Assembly: GCA_945862415.1 (NCBI GenBank)
Contig: CAMAYP010000002.1
Span: 294-64,293 of the forward strand
Source: Chryseobacterium gleum
GTDB lineage: Bacteria; Bacteroidota; Bacteroidia; Flavobacteriales_D; Sanyastnellaceae
Reading direction: 5' to 3'
DNA: 64,000 nucleotides
Position numbers and translations under genes: made by a program
Notes under the pieces: model-generated
The model's database searches: none
Seen by the model: only the letters and a program-made list of their open reading frames with translations
Told to the model about the DNA's origin: nothing
Part shown: piece by piece, positions 1 to 10,773 of the stretch
Position numbering within the stretch: position 1 is the first letter of the stretch
Layout: each line of letters begins with the position of its first letter

Positions 1-458
1 GCAGAACGGTTCGTGAAAAGCTCCTCGAACGCATGATGGTGCGTTACCCTGCGGTCAAAATGACGCAAGAGCAGATTGAGAACTTCTCCAAAATGGGAAC
101 CTTCGGACAACCGATGGAATTACTCGCACAGTACATTTCAGGTGATGAAGATGTGAAGGCCGCACTGGATCAAGCCAGCAAAGGCATTCCACTCGATTCG
201 CTGAATAACCAATTGGGCGACTGGATTCAGGAGGGCTACTATGCTTTCGTAGATGATGCTACCGAGCAAGGACTCACCAGAGATCAATTGAAAGAAGATG
301 GTTTACGCTACGCTATCAAGGCCGATGCGAATACTGAATATGCCAAGATAGAAAAGGTCATCGACGTTTTCCGTGACAAGCAGATTTTTCAATTTAACAT
401 GGTAACCAACTTGGAAGGATCGGATACCAATGCAGATGCAAATCTGAACGCACAATAA
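1..458 (+). CDS. exbD: ExbD/TolR-family biopolymer transport protein, 5'-partial (reading frame is open to the window edge)
   Basis: The frame is open from nt 3 with no stop before the listed ATG at 33. The C-terminal segment RYAIKADANTEYAKIEKVIDVFRDKQIFQFNMVTNLE is typical of an ExbD periplasmic domain. It lies directly upstream of a second exbD and tonB. Confidence 0.7.
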   Translation, partial: RTVREKLLERMMVRYPAVKMTQEQIENFSKMGTFGQPMELLAQYISGDEDVKAALDQASKGIPLDSLNNQLGDWIQEGYYAFVDDATEQGLTRDQLKEDGLRYAIKADANTEYAKIEKVIDVFRDKQIFQFNMVTNLEGSDTNADANLNAQ

Positions 459-485
459 CAACCAACCTCTTAAGACCCAAATACA

Positions 486-1127
486 ATGGCAGAAATAGTA
501 GAAGGTGGCGGTGGTGGTGGTAAACACGGTAAGAAAAAAGCGAAGAAAGGTTCGGCACGACTCGACATGACACCCATGGTCGACCTTGCGTTCCTCCTGC
601 TTACGTTCTTCGTGCTTGCAGCAACACTGGCGAAGCCTAAAGCCATGGAGATTATCTACCCGAAAGAGGTGGATGACAAGGAGGATAAGACCAAGCTCGA
701 CGATGCATTGGCTACCACCCTGCTTCTTGGCGAAAATGAAAATGAAGTGTTTTATTACTCAGGTGCCTACAAGCCCGATACCACAGAACTCATTCTAACC
801 GATTTATCCAAAGATGGTTTCCGAAAAATCATGCTTGATAAAAACATGCGTGTGAATGACCAAGTAGTTCAACTGAAGGCAAAGCTCGAAAGCAAGGAAA
901 TTGACGAGCTTACCTACGAAGAAGCCTACAAGCAAGTGGTTGGCGCGAAAGACGCACCGTTTGTGGTGATTAAAACCGTAGACAAAACCAAATTTAAAAA
1001 TGTAATTGGTGCAATGGATGAACTCAACATTTGCAATGTGCGCAAACGCGCCATTCAAGATATGGCTGAATCGGAAGCCATCGCAGTTCGCCAGCGCGCA
1101 GCAGAATTGGATTTGAAGAAAAAATAA
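486..1127 (+). CDS. exbD: ExbD/TolR-family biopolymer transport protein with a Gly6/Lys-rich N-terminal tail
   Basis: ATG at 486. The motif DMTPMVDLAFLLLTFFVLAATL is the ExbD signature followed by a single TM helix. The C-terminal segment FVVIKTVDKTKFKNVIGAMDEL is consistent with ExbD. The gene sits in an exbD-exbD-tonB arrangement. Confidence 0.85.
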   Translation: MAEIVEGGGGGGKHGKKKAKKGSARLDMTPMVDLAFLLLTFFVLAATLAKPKAMEIIYPKEVDDKEDKTKLDDALATTLLLGENENEVFYYSGAYKPDTTELILTDLSKDGFRKIMLDKNMRVNDQVVQLKAKLESKEIDELTYEEAYKQVVGAKDAPFVVIKTVDKTKFKNVIGAMDELNICNVRKRAIQDMAESEAIAVRQRAAELDLKKK

Positions 1128-1199
1128 ACAGTCATTGAACCTCGTTGCTACTGAGCGGTATCAACTTACGGATTCAATACTAACCAAAAACTTACAGCT

Positions 1200-2057
<858 letters not shown>

Positions 2058-2079
2058 TCCATAGGATCATATTCTTAAA

Positions 2080-2106
2080 CGGCCACCCCACCAGGTGGCC
2101 GTTTTC
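2080..2106 (+). terminator. Rho-independent terminator after tonB
   Basis: The stem CGGCCACC (2080-2087) pairs with GGTGGCCG (2094-2101) around a 6-nt loop, followed by TTTT. Confidence 0.8.
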
Positions 2107-2148
2107 ATTTCCGCCCAAAGGATTGGACATTCCAAGCGCTGCGCGAAT

Positions 2149-2156
2149 TATCTTTG
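2149..2156 (+). promoter_or_regulatory. Bacteroidota-type -7 promoter box (TAnnTTTG) for aspS
   Basis: TATCTTTG is an exact match to the TAnnTTTG consensus. It lies 23 nt upstream of the ATG at 2179 and downstream of the tonB terminator. Confidence 0.5.
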
Positions 2157-2178
2157 CGCACATTCATTTTCAGATTGT

Positions 2179-3933
2179 ATGCACAGAACACACACCTGCG
2201 GCGAACTCCGCATTGAACATAACGGACAAGAAGTAACACTGAGTGGTTGGGTACAGCGCACGCGCGACAAAGGCGGTATGCTTTGGGTCGATTTGCGCGA
2301 TCGCTATGGCATTACGCAATTGTATTTCGAAGAAGGCAAAACAGCCCCTGAAATCATGCAGGCAGCTCGTTCACTGGGACGCGAGTTTGTAGTGAAGGCA
2401 ACCGGCACCGTCATCGAACGTTTTGCGAAAAACGCCAACATACCCACGGGTGATATAGAGTTGCAGGTTGCTAAATTGGAAATACTCAACGGAAGTAAAA
2501 CCCCGCCGTTCACTATTGAAGACGTGAGCGACGGTGGTGACGATTTGCGCATGCAGTGGCGCTACCTCGACCTGCGTCGCAATCCACTCAAGAATAATTT
2601 GATGCTGCGTCATCGCATTGGCATCGAAACACGTAAGTACCTCGATTCACTTGCTTTCATGGAGGTGGAAACTCCGTACTTGATAAAGAGCACACCTGAA
2701 GGAGCACGCGACTTCGTAGTGCCATCACGCATGAACGGCGGACAATTCTACGCGCTTCCACAATCACCGCAAACATTCAAACAGATATTGATGGTAGCCG
2801 GCTATGACCGCTACTACCAAATTGTACGTTGCTTCCGCGATGAAGACTTGCGTGCCGATCGACAGCCCGAGTTTACTCAGATTGACTGCGAAATGGCTTT
2901 CGTTGAACAAGAAGACATCTTGAATACGTTCGAAGGCTTGGTGCGCCACCTGTTCAAGACCGTGAAAGGAATTGACATTGCAGGTGTACCACGCATGACC
3001 TATGACGATGCGATGCGTCGCTTTGGAAACGACAAGCCCGATGTTCGTTTTGGAATGGAGTTTCAAGACCTCACACCTTCTATGCAAGGAAAAGGCTTCG
3101 CGATATTCGATAGTGCAGAAGCAGTGTTGGGAATCGTAGTCCCCGGCTGCGCCAATTACACACGCAAGCAAGTCGACGAATTGACCGAATGGGTGAAGCG
3201 TCCGCAAATCGGCGCCAAAGGCCTTGTGTATTGCATGTGCAACGAAGACGGATCATTCAAATCATCGGTAGATAAATTTTACAGTGCTGAAGACTGGAAG
3301 TCGATTGCACAAACAGCAGGCGCCAGCGCCGGCGACTTGATGCTGATACTTTCAGGTGATCTCAACAGCACGCGCAAGCAATTGAGTGAACTTCGCTTGC
3401 TCATGGGCACGAAGCTCAACCTGCGAAATCCTGATGATTTCAAGCCTCTGTGGGTTGTTGATTTTCCATTGGTTGAATGGATTGAAGAGGAAGGCCGCTG
3501 GTTTGCCATGCACCATCCGTTCACCGCACCTAAACCCGAACACTTCCATTTACTCGAAACTTCGCCGGGCGAAGCACGTGCGAATGCGTACGACTTCGTA
3601 TTGAATGGTGTAGAAATAGGCGGTGGTTCTATTCGTATACACGACCGCGACATTCAAGCGCGTATGTTCAACCTACTTGGATTTACTCCGGAAGAAGCTC
3701 AGAAGCAATTCGGTTTCTTGCTGAATGCATTTGAATATGGCGCACCACCGCACGGTGGTATTGCCTTTGGCTTCGACCGTCTTTGTGCACTTTTTGGAGG
3801 AGTTGAAAGCATTCGCGATTTCATTGCATTCCCCAAAAACAACAGCGGGCGTGATGTGATGATTGACGCACCGAGCACCATTGACCAAAAACAATTGGAT
3901 GAACTTAGCATTGCACTGAACCTAAAGTCATGA
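2179..3933 (+). CDS. aspS: Aspartate--tRNA ligase (class IIb)
   Basis: The start was moved from 2095 to the internal ATG at 2179, because the terminator and -7 box lie inside the ORF-track extension. Motifs seen: [27 protein letters not shown] (motif 2), and GGGSIRIH...[15 protein letters not shown] (motif 3). Confidence 0.95.
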   Translation: MHRTHTCGELRIEHNGQEVTLSGWVQRTRDKGGMLWVDLRDRYGITQLYFEEGKTAPEIMQAARSLGREFVVKATGTVIERFAKNANIPTGDIELQVAKLEILNGSKTPPFTIEDVSDGGDDLRMQWRYLDLRRNPLKNNLMLRHRIGIETRKYLDSLAFMEVETPYLIKSTPEGARDFVVPSRMNGGQFYALPQSPQTFKQILMVAGYDRYYQIVRCFRDEDLRADRQPEFTQIDCEMAFVEQEDILNTFEGLVRHLFKTVKGIDIAGVPRMTYDDAMRRFGNDKPDVRFGMEFQDLTPSMQGKGFAIFDSAEAVLGIVVPGCANYTRKQVDELTEWVKRPQIGAKGLVYCMCNEDGSFKSSVDKFYSAEDWKSIAQTAGASAGDLMLILSGDLNSTRKQLSELRLLMGTKLNLRNPDDFKPLWVVDFPLVEWIEEEGRWFAMHHPFTAPKPEHFHLLETSPGEARANAYDFVLNGVEIGGGSIRIHDRDIQARMFNLLGFTPEEAQKQFGFLLNAFEYGAPPHGGIAFGFDRLCALFGGVESIRDFIAFPKNNSGRDVMIDAPSTIDQKQLDELSIALNLKS

Positions 3934-5327
3934 AGCACCTGTTGAAACTACTGATTGCATGTTGCCTTTGGATGGCACTGCCACTTGCTGCGAATAGTCA
4001 GGTTGGAAAAACCAACTTGAAAGGAGTAATCAGTAAACCTCAGCGCGATTTCTTCTTATTAAAACACCAGGGAAAGACTGATACGGTGAAGCTAGGCACC
4101 GATGGGAAGTTTGACCTTCTCATTGAACAAGCCGCAGCCAACTATTTCACGATTGATTACAATCGCCAAAGTATTTCGTTGTACCTACTGCCCTCCGATG
4201 AAATAACGCTACTATTATCGGGTGTGAACATCACCGACGCGCAGGTAACCGGATCAAGCGCTCCCTATTGCAATCACATCCTTCAGCGCACGAAAGAAGA
4301 TCGCGCTTTTACAGCCGCGTATCCCTCGTATAAAATGAGTTCATTGCCAGCCGAAACGTTTTTTTCACTTCGTGACTCCGTTCGCAATATGCGCCTGAAC
4401 TCGCTTGCAGTAAATGATAAAACCTCGAGTTTCATTACTCCATTTCGCGAAACAGAATCAAAAATCTACGCCTATCAAATGGGATTAGATCTGATTAATT
4501 TCAAGAATCAGGCAATGAAATCGGGCATGGGTGCAATGCCCAAATCAATCGAAAAATTCATTAATTCCATTGAGCTTAACGAGGAGTCAATGGCATATGA
4601 TGGAGCCTATAAATCGTTCGTTTTGAATAAAGCCTCTCTCGAAGCCAATCTGCGTTATCAAAACGATCCGGCAAAATCTCCCGCGCGTTATTATGAACTC
4701 GTGGTTGCAGTGATTGGCGAATGGGTAAAGCCCGAACGCAACAAGAGCGTTCTCATCAGCGATTTCATGCCGCAAGTATTGAAAGATGTAGGCACCTCCG
4801 ATTTGACATCTTTCATTAGTACGCTCGAAAAAGTTTCGAACGACCAGAAACTACTTGAGTCAGTAAAAAGATATGCTGCTCAATATGCGCACCTTTATGC
4901 CGGACGTATTGCACCCGATGCAGAGTTTTATGATGCAGAGGGAAAAGTTAGTAAGCTAAGTGATTATCGAGGAAAGGTGCTGTACATCGACACTTGGGCA
5001 ACCTGGTGCGGTCCATGCAAGCGCGAAATTCCTTATTTAAAAACGCTCGAAGAATCGTATCACAGCAAGAATGTGCAGTTCATCAGTGTGAGCACCGATA
5101 AAGATGTGACAGCCTGGAAATCGTTCATTTCAAAAGAATCCATGACCGGTCTTCAATTGCATCAAAGTCAGGAAATGGAAAAAACAATGAGTTACTTATA
5201 TGCAGTGAACTCTATTCCACGCTTTGTTCTCATTGATGAGGCCGGAAAAATCGTAAGTGTTGATGCTCCTCGTCCTTCTAGCACCGAGGACATCCATAAG
5301 TTGATAGACGGTGTTTTAAATGATTAA
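3930..5327 (+). CDS. Secreted TlpA/AhpC-like thiol-disulfide oxidoreductase with a ~320-aa N-terminal domain of unknown function
   Basis: The start shares an ATGA overlap with the aspS stop. There is a signal peptide, [24 protein letters not shown]. The C-terminal thioredoxin fold carries [13 protein letters not shown] (CxxC). Confidence 0.8.
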   Translation: MKHLLKLLIACCLWMALPLAANSQVGKTNLKGVISKPQRDFFLLKHQGKTDTVKLGTDGKFDLLIEQAAANYFTIDYNRQSISLYLLPSDEITLLLSGVNITDAQVTGSSAPYCNHILQRTKEDRAFTAAYPSYKMSSLPAETFFSLRDSVRNMRLNSLAVNDKTSSFITPFRETESKIYAYQMGLDLINFKNQAMKSGMGAMPKSIEKFINSIELNEESMAYDGAYKSFVLNKASLEANLRYQNDPAKSPARYYELVVAVIGEWVKPERNKSVLISDFMPQVLKDVGTSDLTSFISTLEKVSNDQKLLESVKRYAAQYAHLYAGRIAPDAEFYDAEGKVSKLSDYRGKVLYIDTWATWCGPCKREIPYLKTLEESYHSKNVQFISVSTDKDVTAWKSFISKESMTGLQLHQSQEMEKTMSYLYAVNSIPRFVLIDEAGKIVSVDAPRPSSTEDIHKLIDGVLND

Positions 5328-5389
5328 CAACGGTTTACTCTTACCGCTTCGATAATGAGTGCATTTTTACCAAATAAAAAACAAGAACA

Positions 5390-5803
5390 ATGTATCCAGT
5401 AGAATTAGTTGCCCCCATGCGTCAGGAACTTGACCAGGTAGGCTTTGAAGAAATGATGACGCCAGATGCGGTTGATTCCGCCGTGAATAGCGCAGGAACA
5501 GTATTAGTTGTGCTTAACTCAGTTTGCGGATGCGCAGCGGGAAGCATGCGTCCGGGAGTTCGCAAAGCAGTTCAATCGTCTGCGAAATTGCCAACCAAAC
5601 TCGCTACCAGCTTTGCCGGAGTTGATCGCGACGCAGTAGAACGTGCTCGCAAATACATGCTGCCTTATCCACCTTCATCGCCAAGCATTGCGCTGTTTAA
5701 GGATGGCAAGCTGATGCACATGATTGAGCGCCACCACATCGAAGGCCGCACGGCAGACATGATTGCCGAGCATTTGAAAACAGCCTTTGAAGAGTTTTGT
5801 TAG
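5390..5803 (+). CDS. Bacilliredoxin (BrxA/BrxB, YphP/YqiW, DUF1094 family)
   Basis: From memory, the sequence is collinear with B. subtilis YphP. It carries LNSVCGCAAG (CGC redox motif), PSSPSIALFKDG and IERHHIEGR. The length is 137 aa. Confidence 0.85.
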   Translation: MYPVELVAPMRQELDQVGFEEMMTPDAVDSAVNSAGTVLVVLNSVCGCAAGSMRPGVRKAVQSSAKLPTKLATSFAGVDRDAVERARKYMLPYPPSSPSIALFKDGKLMHMIERHHIEGRTADMIAEHLKTAFEEFC

Positions 5804-5814
5804 AAGATTTCAGA

Positions 5815-5856
5815 AAAGTTGAGCGCCTCATCCATTTCGAGGCGCTCACCTTTTTT
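5815..5856. terminator. Bidirectional rho-independent terminator between convergent genes
   Basis: The stem GAGCGCCTC (5821-5829) pairs with GAGGCGCTC (5839-5847). It is followed by TTTTTT (5851-5856) on the + strand and preceded by an A-run. Confidence 0.8.
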
Positions 5857-5881
5857 GAACTAATGTATACGTGGTTCTCTT

Positions 5882-6589
5882 TTAAAATCCGAATGCCACA
5901 CCGAGCTGATAGACCGCTCTATTGGTGTGCGATTCTTTCAAGCTAAAGGAAATAGAATTGTCGCTTGCGATTTGTACAGTTTCATTGTCTACGTACTCCA
6001 CTTCACCTCCTGTAATATTTTCGTATCGGGCCTCTACATAGAATGTTGGGGCCAAGCGAATTCTTAATCCTAAGGCCCAGCCATAATAAAAGGTCATGTC
6101 AAGATGATCCCGATTTGTGGAAAGTTCCGAGCTGTATCCACTATTGTCGATTGTAATAGTAGTAGTAGTCTTGAAGGTTTCAAGTCCGGAAAACACATCG
6201 CCATAAGGCTGAATTTTTCCGTTGAGCGGTCGCACACGCGCATGTGCCGAAAAACGATTGCAGTTGCTGCGCAAGGCCAGGCTTCCGTTTGAATATGTAT
6301 TACCAAGCACTGAGTCTTGATTCACCAGGGCAACAATATCCCTATCGTTGGACCCCATGCTGTTCCAAGCATAACCGATACCCCATTCAACCGGAGTGCG
6401 CGCGATAGGCATACTGAAGGTACCACCCACACCGGCAGGAAAACCTTTGTACTCGTTGGCAAACTCACCCAGAGGCTGCACCAACTGAAAGCCGATATTC
6501 AAGCTGGGACCGCGTCGCTGTGCTTGCAATGTCATCATCTGCGCTATAAAAACAGCGCACAGGATGAAAGAAGAAAGGAAATTTTTCAT
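5882..6589 (-). CDS. Outer-membrane beta-barrel protein (OmpA-N/porin-like small barrel)
   Basis: There is a signal peptide, MKNFLSSFILCAVFIAQMMTLQAQ. The sequence shows an alternating amphipathic beta pattern and ends in a C-terminal aromatic residue (…QLGVAFGF). Confidence 0.65.
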   Translation of the reverse strand: MKNFLSSFILCAVFIAQMMTLQAQRRGPSLNIGFQLVQPLGEFANEYKGFPAGVGGTFSMPIARTPVEWGIGYAWNSMGSNDRDIVALVNQDSVLGNTYSNGSLALRSNCNRFSAHARVRPLNGKIQPYGDVFSGLETFKTTTTITIDNSGYSSELSTNRDHLDMTFYYGWALGLRIRLAPTFYVEARYENITGGEVEYVDNETVQIASDNSISFSLKESHTNRAVYQLGVAFGF

Positions 6590-6689
6590 GATGAGAGTTT
6601 TCCGGGCGTTGCCAAGGACTATGCCAGTGCAACAAAGATAGCGTTATTCAAACGTAACAACCTGTATTCACTCCCACTACATTCGCACT

Positions 6690-7571
6690 ATGAAAAGCGG
6701 AAAATTGCGCATTGCCGTCACGGGTTCCAATGGTCAACTGGGACGCGAATTGTGTTTTCTCGCCGAACGGCAAGAAGACATGGAGTTTCACTTTTTCTCA
6801 AAAGCCGAGTGGGACATTGCGATTGAATCGATGAATGAAGAAAGAATTGTATCGATTAAACCGGATGTAGTAATCAATGCTGCAGCCTATACAAATGTTG
6901 AGAAAGCCGAAGACGACATTGAAAATGCGATGGCCGCGAACGCTCTAGGACCTGGTTATCTGGCAGCCGCTTGCAAAAAGCACGGTGCATTGCTCATCCA
7001 TATTTCAACTGACTATGTGTTTGATGGCAATAAGCGCATGCCCTATACAGAAGAAGATTCCGTGCATCCTGTAAACATGTATGGAAGAAGTAAACTACAA
7101 GGAGAACGAGCAATAGACGCAGTGACAGATCGATACTTCATATTGCGCACTTCTTGGCTTTACAGCACCTACGGACATAATTTTTTCAAAACCATGGTTC
7201 GGTTAGGTCGCGAGCGTGGAGCGTTAACCGTAGTGCATGATCAAATAGCTTCACCTACCTATGCTCGTTTTCTTGCGGAAGACATTCTTGAACTCATTCG
7301 GCTGAAACTACAGGAACACCGTCCAATTCCATTTGGAATCTATCACTACACACAACGTGGTGAGGCCAGTTGGTATGAATTCGCAAAGGAAATAATAACG
7401 GCAAATGAAATAGCGGCCTCTGTAGAGCCCGTTGCAAGCAGTAATTTTCCTACCAAGGCGGAGAGACCGGTCTATTCTAAGCTGTCAACCACACTGTGGG
7501 AGCATGCTACCGGCATTCGCATGCGTACCTGGCAAGAAGGCGTTATTGCTTGCACTCAGGCAGAGTCGTAG
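6690..7571 (+). CDS. rfbD: dTDP-4-dehydrorhamnose reductase
   Basis: Motifs seen: IAVTGSNGQLGREL (Rossmann), INAAAYTNVEKAE, HISTDYVFDG and PVNMYGRSKLQGE (YxxxK). Confidence 0.85.
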   Translation: MKSGKLRIAVTGSNGQLGRELCFLAERQEDMEFHFFSKAEWDIAIESMNEERIVSIKPDVVINAAAYTNVEKAEDDIENAMAANALGPGYLAAACKKHGALLIHISTDYVFDGNKRMPYTEEDSVHPVNMYGRSKLQGERAIDAVTDRYFILRTSWLYSTYGHNFFKTMVRLGRERGALTVVHDQIASPTYARFLAEDILELIRLKLQEHRPIPFGIYHYTQRGEASWYEFAKEIITANEIAASVEPVASSNFPTKAERPVYSKLSTTLWEHATGIRMRTWQEGVIACTQAES

Positions 7572-7573
7572 CG

Positions 7574-8674
7574 TTATTGAGTCATTGCCTCCAAATCTTG
7601 AATCAGCGGCAACTTAACCTCAACCGCTGCGCCCTTCAGAAAGCTCGAACGAATTTCGCGACCCATTTCGATGTGACTCTTCACTTGCGATGCTCGCAGC
7701 TGATAAAACGAATAGAAGATATCCTGTAGATCATCTCCTTCATTCAACAACTTCATCAAACAATTCACGTCGAGCAACGCGTTGGTAACTCCTGCGCTTG
7801 TGAAGGGTAATGCTAGGTGCGCCGCGTCGCCAATCAGTAGTACATTTCGAAGGTGATATGTTGGAAGCAAATCAAAGTCTGTTGTATTCCAAACGTAATT
7901 GGCAACTACCGATTTGCACTCCATGATTTCCTGAACCTCCTCCGGGAATTCCGATAAAATTTGCTGGCAGAAATTCGCAATTTCTTCAGCCGAATTCAAC
8001 TCGCCTTTCTGCAATGAAACATCGAACTGGAGAAACCAGATTAGCTCATTATCGTTGCACGGTATGAAGCCTATTGCCAAGCCCTTATCGGTGCTCAGGT
8101 ATTTTGTAAAGTGATTGGGGTGTCGATCGAAAAGCGATTTATTGTTGATGGTGCCGAGGATTTCCTTCACCAATACCGGGGTATAATTGGTGGGGCCAAA
8201 CAGCGCCGTTCGAACCGCGGATCTCGATCCATCAGCACCAATAAAGACATCGCCGTAAACCACCTCACCATTCTTGAAACCGGCAGCAACGACCTGATCA
8301 CCCTGGCTTATAAAGTGCGAAAACTGACATCCATATTGTATCACTCCATCTGGCAGTTGACTCGCAAGTGCCGCCATTGCCTCGCAGCGTTTCATGCATA
8401 TCCAACCTTCCAACGGAACCTCTTCCAATAAAACATCGTCGGAATTTTTCAAGAACAGTTGATCAATTTTTCTGCCGGGCATCAGGTGGTAAGGATCAGT
8501 CTCCACAATACCTTCCAACACGCGCATGGCTTCCGGGTGTACCAAAAAAGCATGGCCACTGCTATGAGTAAGTTCTTCGCGTTCACACACGACAACCTCA
8601 CGTCCCATCTTTCTGAGTGCAATTGCTAGCGACAAGCCTGCCACACCACCTCCAATGATTACTGTCTTGTTCAT
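7574..8674 (-). CDS. FAD-dependent (group A, PHBH-fold) monooxygenase
   Basis: Motifs seen: IIGGGVAGLSLAIAL (GxGxxG), FIGADGSRSAVR (DG motif) and LIGDAAHLALPFTSAGVTNAL (GD motif). The start shares an ATGA overlap with the upstream aminotransferase stop. Confidence 0.8.
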   Translation of the reverse strand: MNKTVIIGGGVAGLSLAIALRKMGREVVVCEREELTHSSGHAFLVHPEAMRVLEGIVETDPYHLMPGRKIDQLFLKNSDDVLLEEVPLEGWICMKRCEAMAALASQLPDGVIQYGCQFSHFISQGDQVVAAGFKNGEVVYGDVFIGADGSRSAVRTALFGPTNYTPVLVKEILGTINNKSLFDRHPNHFTKYLSTDKGLAIGFIPCNDNELIWFLQFDVSLQKGELNSAEEIANFCQQILSEFPEEVQEIMECKSVVANYVWNTTDFDLLPTYHLRNVLLIGDAAHLALPFTSAGVTNALLDVNCLMKLLNEGDDLQDIFYSFYQLRASQVKSHIEMGREIRSSFLKGAAVEVKLPLIQDLEAMTQ

Positions 8675-9861
8675 GATGTCATACAGATATTAATTCGTTC
8701 AAAGGCTTGCTCAAGAATTGTTCGTGAAGTCGCAAAACTCAATCGAATGTGTCCATCGGCACGACTTCCAAACCAACGCGGTAATCCCGGCACAACAGAA
8801 ACCTTTGCTTCTTTGAGCCATTTTCCACAGAGTTCTTCCGCAGTCATTTCCGTATCGCGGGTATTGGCAAAGGCCACATAGCAACCCTGTGGCAATTCGC
8901 ATTGCACTCCGGGAATTGCATTCAACGATTGAACAGTAAGGGTGCGCATTTCATGCAGATGATCCAAAAAAGAATGCAGCCACGGCTGCGCATTGGTCAA
9001 AGCTGCTGTTGCGGCCACCTGCGCAAGCACATTACATCCATGAACGGTGCTTCGCTGATCGGAGGCCACCAACACTTGTTCGACAAGTTGCACGTTCGAG
9101 GAAAGCACAGCGCCAGCTCTCAAACCAGCCAGTCCATATGATTTGCTGAAGCCGGTAACAATTACCGTTCTCATAGCAGCCTCGGGAATAGCCGCCATGC
9201 TCACATATTGAAAAGGCTCGAAAACTATATCGCTCCAAATTTCATCCGATAGAATGATAAGATTGTGCTTATCCGCGATATCCGCGATACACTTTAGTTC
9301 TGCACGTGTAAACACTTTTCCGGTTGGATTTAACGGATTGCACAAGCACAGCAATCGAGTGTTCGGCGATATCATCGATTCCAATTGATCATAGTCGGGA
9401 GCATCGCCCGGCATCAATGGCATATCCCAAAGAACAGGTTTGCCCCCGCACGACTCAACACAGTGTTTAAACAGGAAGTCTACCGGATTGAATACAATTG
9501 CTTCATCACCCGGTTTCAAAAACGCCCTGCAGACAGCCATGATACCGAAAGCAGCACTATCCACTGCAATGACACCACTCGCAGTGGAATTGACCGATTT
9601 ATGGGTAGTGTAATAAGCCGCCATGGCCTCACGAAAGAAGAGCATACCTTCAGCCGGGGCATACGACAAATAGCGATCGGAAGCATATCGTGCGATCGCA
9701 TCAGCAATTTCAGGAGCACATGGGAAATCGGGGTCTGCAGCAGTAAGCGGAATAACGCCCTCCTCCACCGAAGCCCACCTTAGATTGAACGCACGCTCGC
9801 GTAGCAAATCCATCCGTACTTGAGCATGGTCGAAAAGTGATGGCGTGGTGGCCAATTTCAT
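8671..9861 (-). CDS. PLP-dependent aminotransferase class I/II (possibly a MalY/PatB-like C-S lyase)
   Basis: Motifs seen: LTAADPDFPCAPEI, LCNPLNPTGKVF and TGFSKSYGLAGLRAG (PLP lysine motif). The length is 396 aa. Confidence 0.8.
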   Translation of the reverse strand: MKLATTPSLFDHAQVRMDLLRERAFNLRWASVEEGVIPLTAADPDFPCAPEIADAIARYASDRYLSYAPAEGMLFFREAMAAYYTTHKSVNSTASGVIAVDSAAFGIMAVCRAFLKPGDEAIVFNPVDFLFKHCVESCGGKPVLWDMPLMPGDAPDYDQLESMISPNTRLLCLCNPLNPTGKVFTRAELKCIADIADKHNLIILSDEIWSDIVFEPFQYVSMAAIPEAAMRTVIVTGFSKSYGLAGLRAGAVLSSNVQLVEQVLVASDQRSTVHGCNVLAQVAATAALTNAQPWLHSFLDHLHEMRTLTVQSLNAIPGVQCELPQGCYVAFANTRDTEMTAEELCGKWLKEAKVSVVPGLPRWFGSRADGHIRLSFATSRTILEQAFERINICMTS

Positions 9862-9978
9862 AGGGTGTGATTAGTTAGAACTACTCGCCGAACAGTCGGA
9901 GAATGGCATTTGGTTAAAACGAATGTAACCCACATGCCATAACACACAGAGGAAACGTTGGTATTTAAACTGATTCCA

Positions 9979-10716
9979 TTAAACCTCGAAGACGACCTCC
10001 TCAAGCGGAATACGGAAGCGAGGCCCGTAAATACCCTCCGGGATTCGTTTTCCGCAAGTGATTACCATGTTGATTTCAGCTCTGCGAGGAAGATTCAGCA
10101 ATCGCTTCACACGCTTACTATCAAAACCCTCCACCGGACAGGTGTCGTGGCCTTCGGCAACCATAGAAAGCATGAATGTCTGAGCAGCCAGTGCAGCACT
10201 CTTGTGCGCCACGATTCGCACATCAGTGCCAGAAACCTCTCGCACCATGGGGCGTCGTAACCCGATGAACCAAGCAACAATTTTTTTTATGGCGCCGCGA
10301 ATACCAAGCACATCGTTGTTGTATAGCATGGGCATTAACTTGCTATAATAGCTTAGCGCACTTCTGCCTTTAAAAGCAGGGCGATCGCCCAAATTTTGCT
10401 TTACGAAATTGAAATTACTCTGCGCCCTTCTTCGCCACAAATCGGGACGTACTACTACCACAATCATTTCGCGTGCCGTCTCGGTCGTGTTCTGTCCCAT
10501 ACAAAAGCGCGACAGCAACTTCATGGTATCGGGTGTGCTCACACGGTAAAACTCCCAAAGCTGCATATTGCTGCTGCTTGGTGCGAGGTGAGCACGCTCC
10601 AAACTGCGAGTTACAGCTTGCGGATTATAATCCGTGGGATCGAATTTTCGCACCGCACGACGGGCATGAACGATTGAATCGAAGCAAGCTGATTTTTCTT
10701 GAATCTCCTTATCCAT
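9979..10716 (-). CDS. Nitroreductase-family flavoprotein
   Basis: ARRAVRKFDP...LERAHLAPSSSNMQLWEFYRV is the classic nitroreductase N-terminus. I chose the start at M12 (ATG at 10716), which leaves a 57-nt divergent promoter gap. The ORF-track start at 10749 remains possible. Confidence 0.75.
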   Translation of the reverse strand: MDKEIQEKSACFDSIVHARRAVRKFDPTDYNPQAVTRSLERAHLAPSSSNMQLWEFYRVSTPDTMKLLSRFCMGQNTTETAREMIVVVVRPDLWRRRAQSNFNFVKQNLGDRPAFKGRSALSYYSKLMPMLYNNDVLGIRGAIKKIVAWFIGLRRPMVREVSGTDVRIVAHKSAALAAQTFMLSMVAEGHDTCPVEGFDSKRVKRLLNLPRRAEINMVITCGKRIPEGIYGPRFRIPLEEVVFEV

Positions 10717-10773
10717 GGGTGCAAAATAGTTCATCCGAAATGCAACCATGGTGACAATCGAATAATTTGCAGC

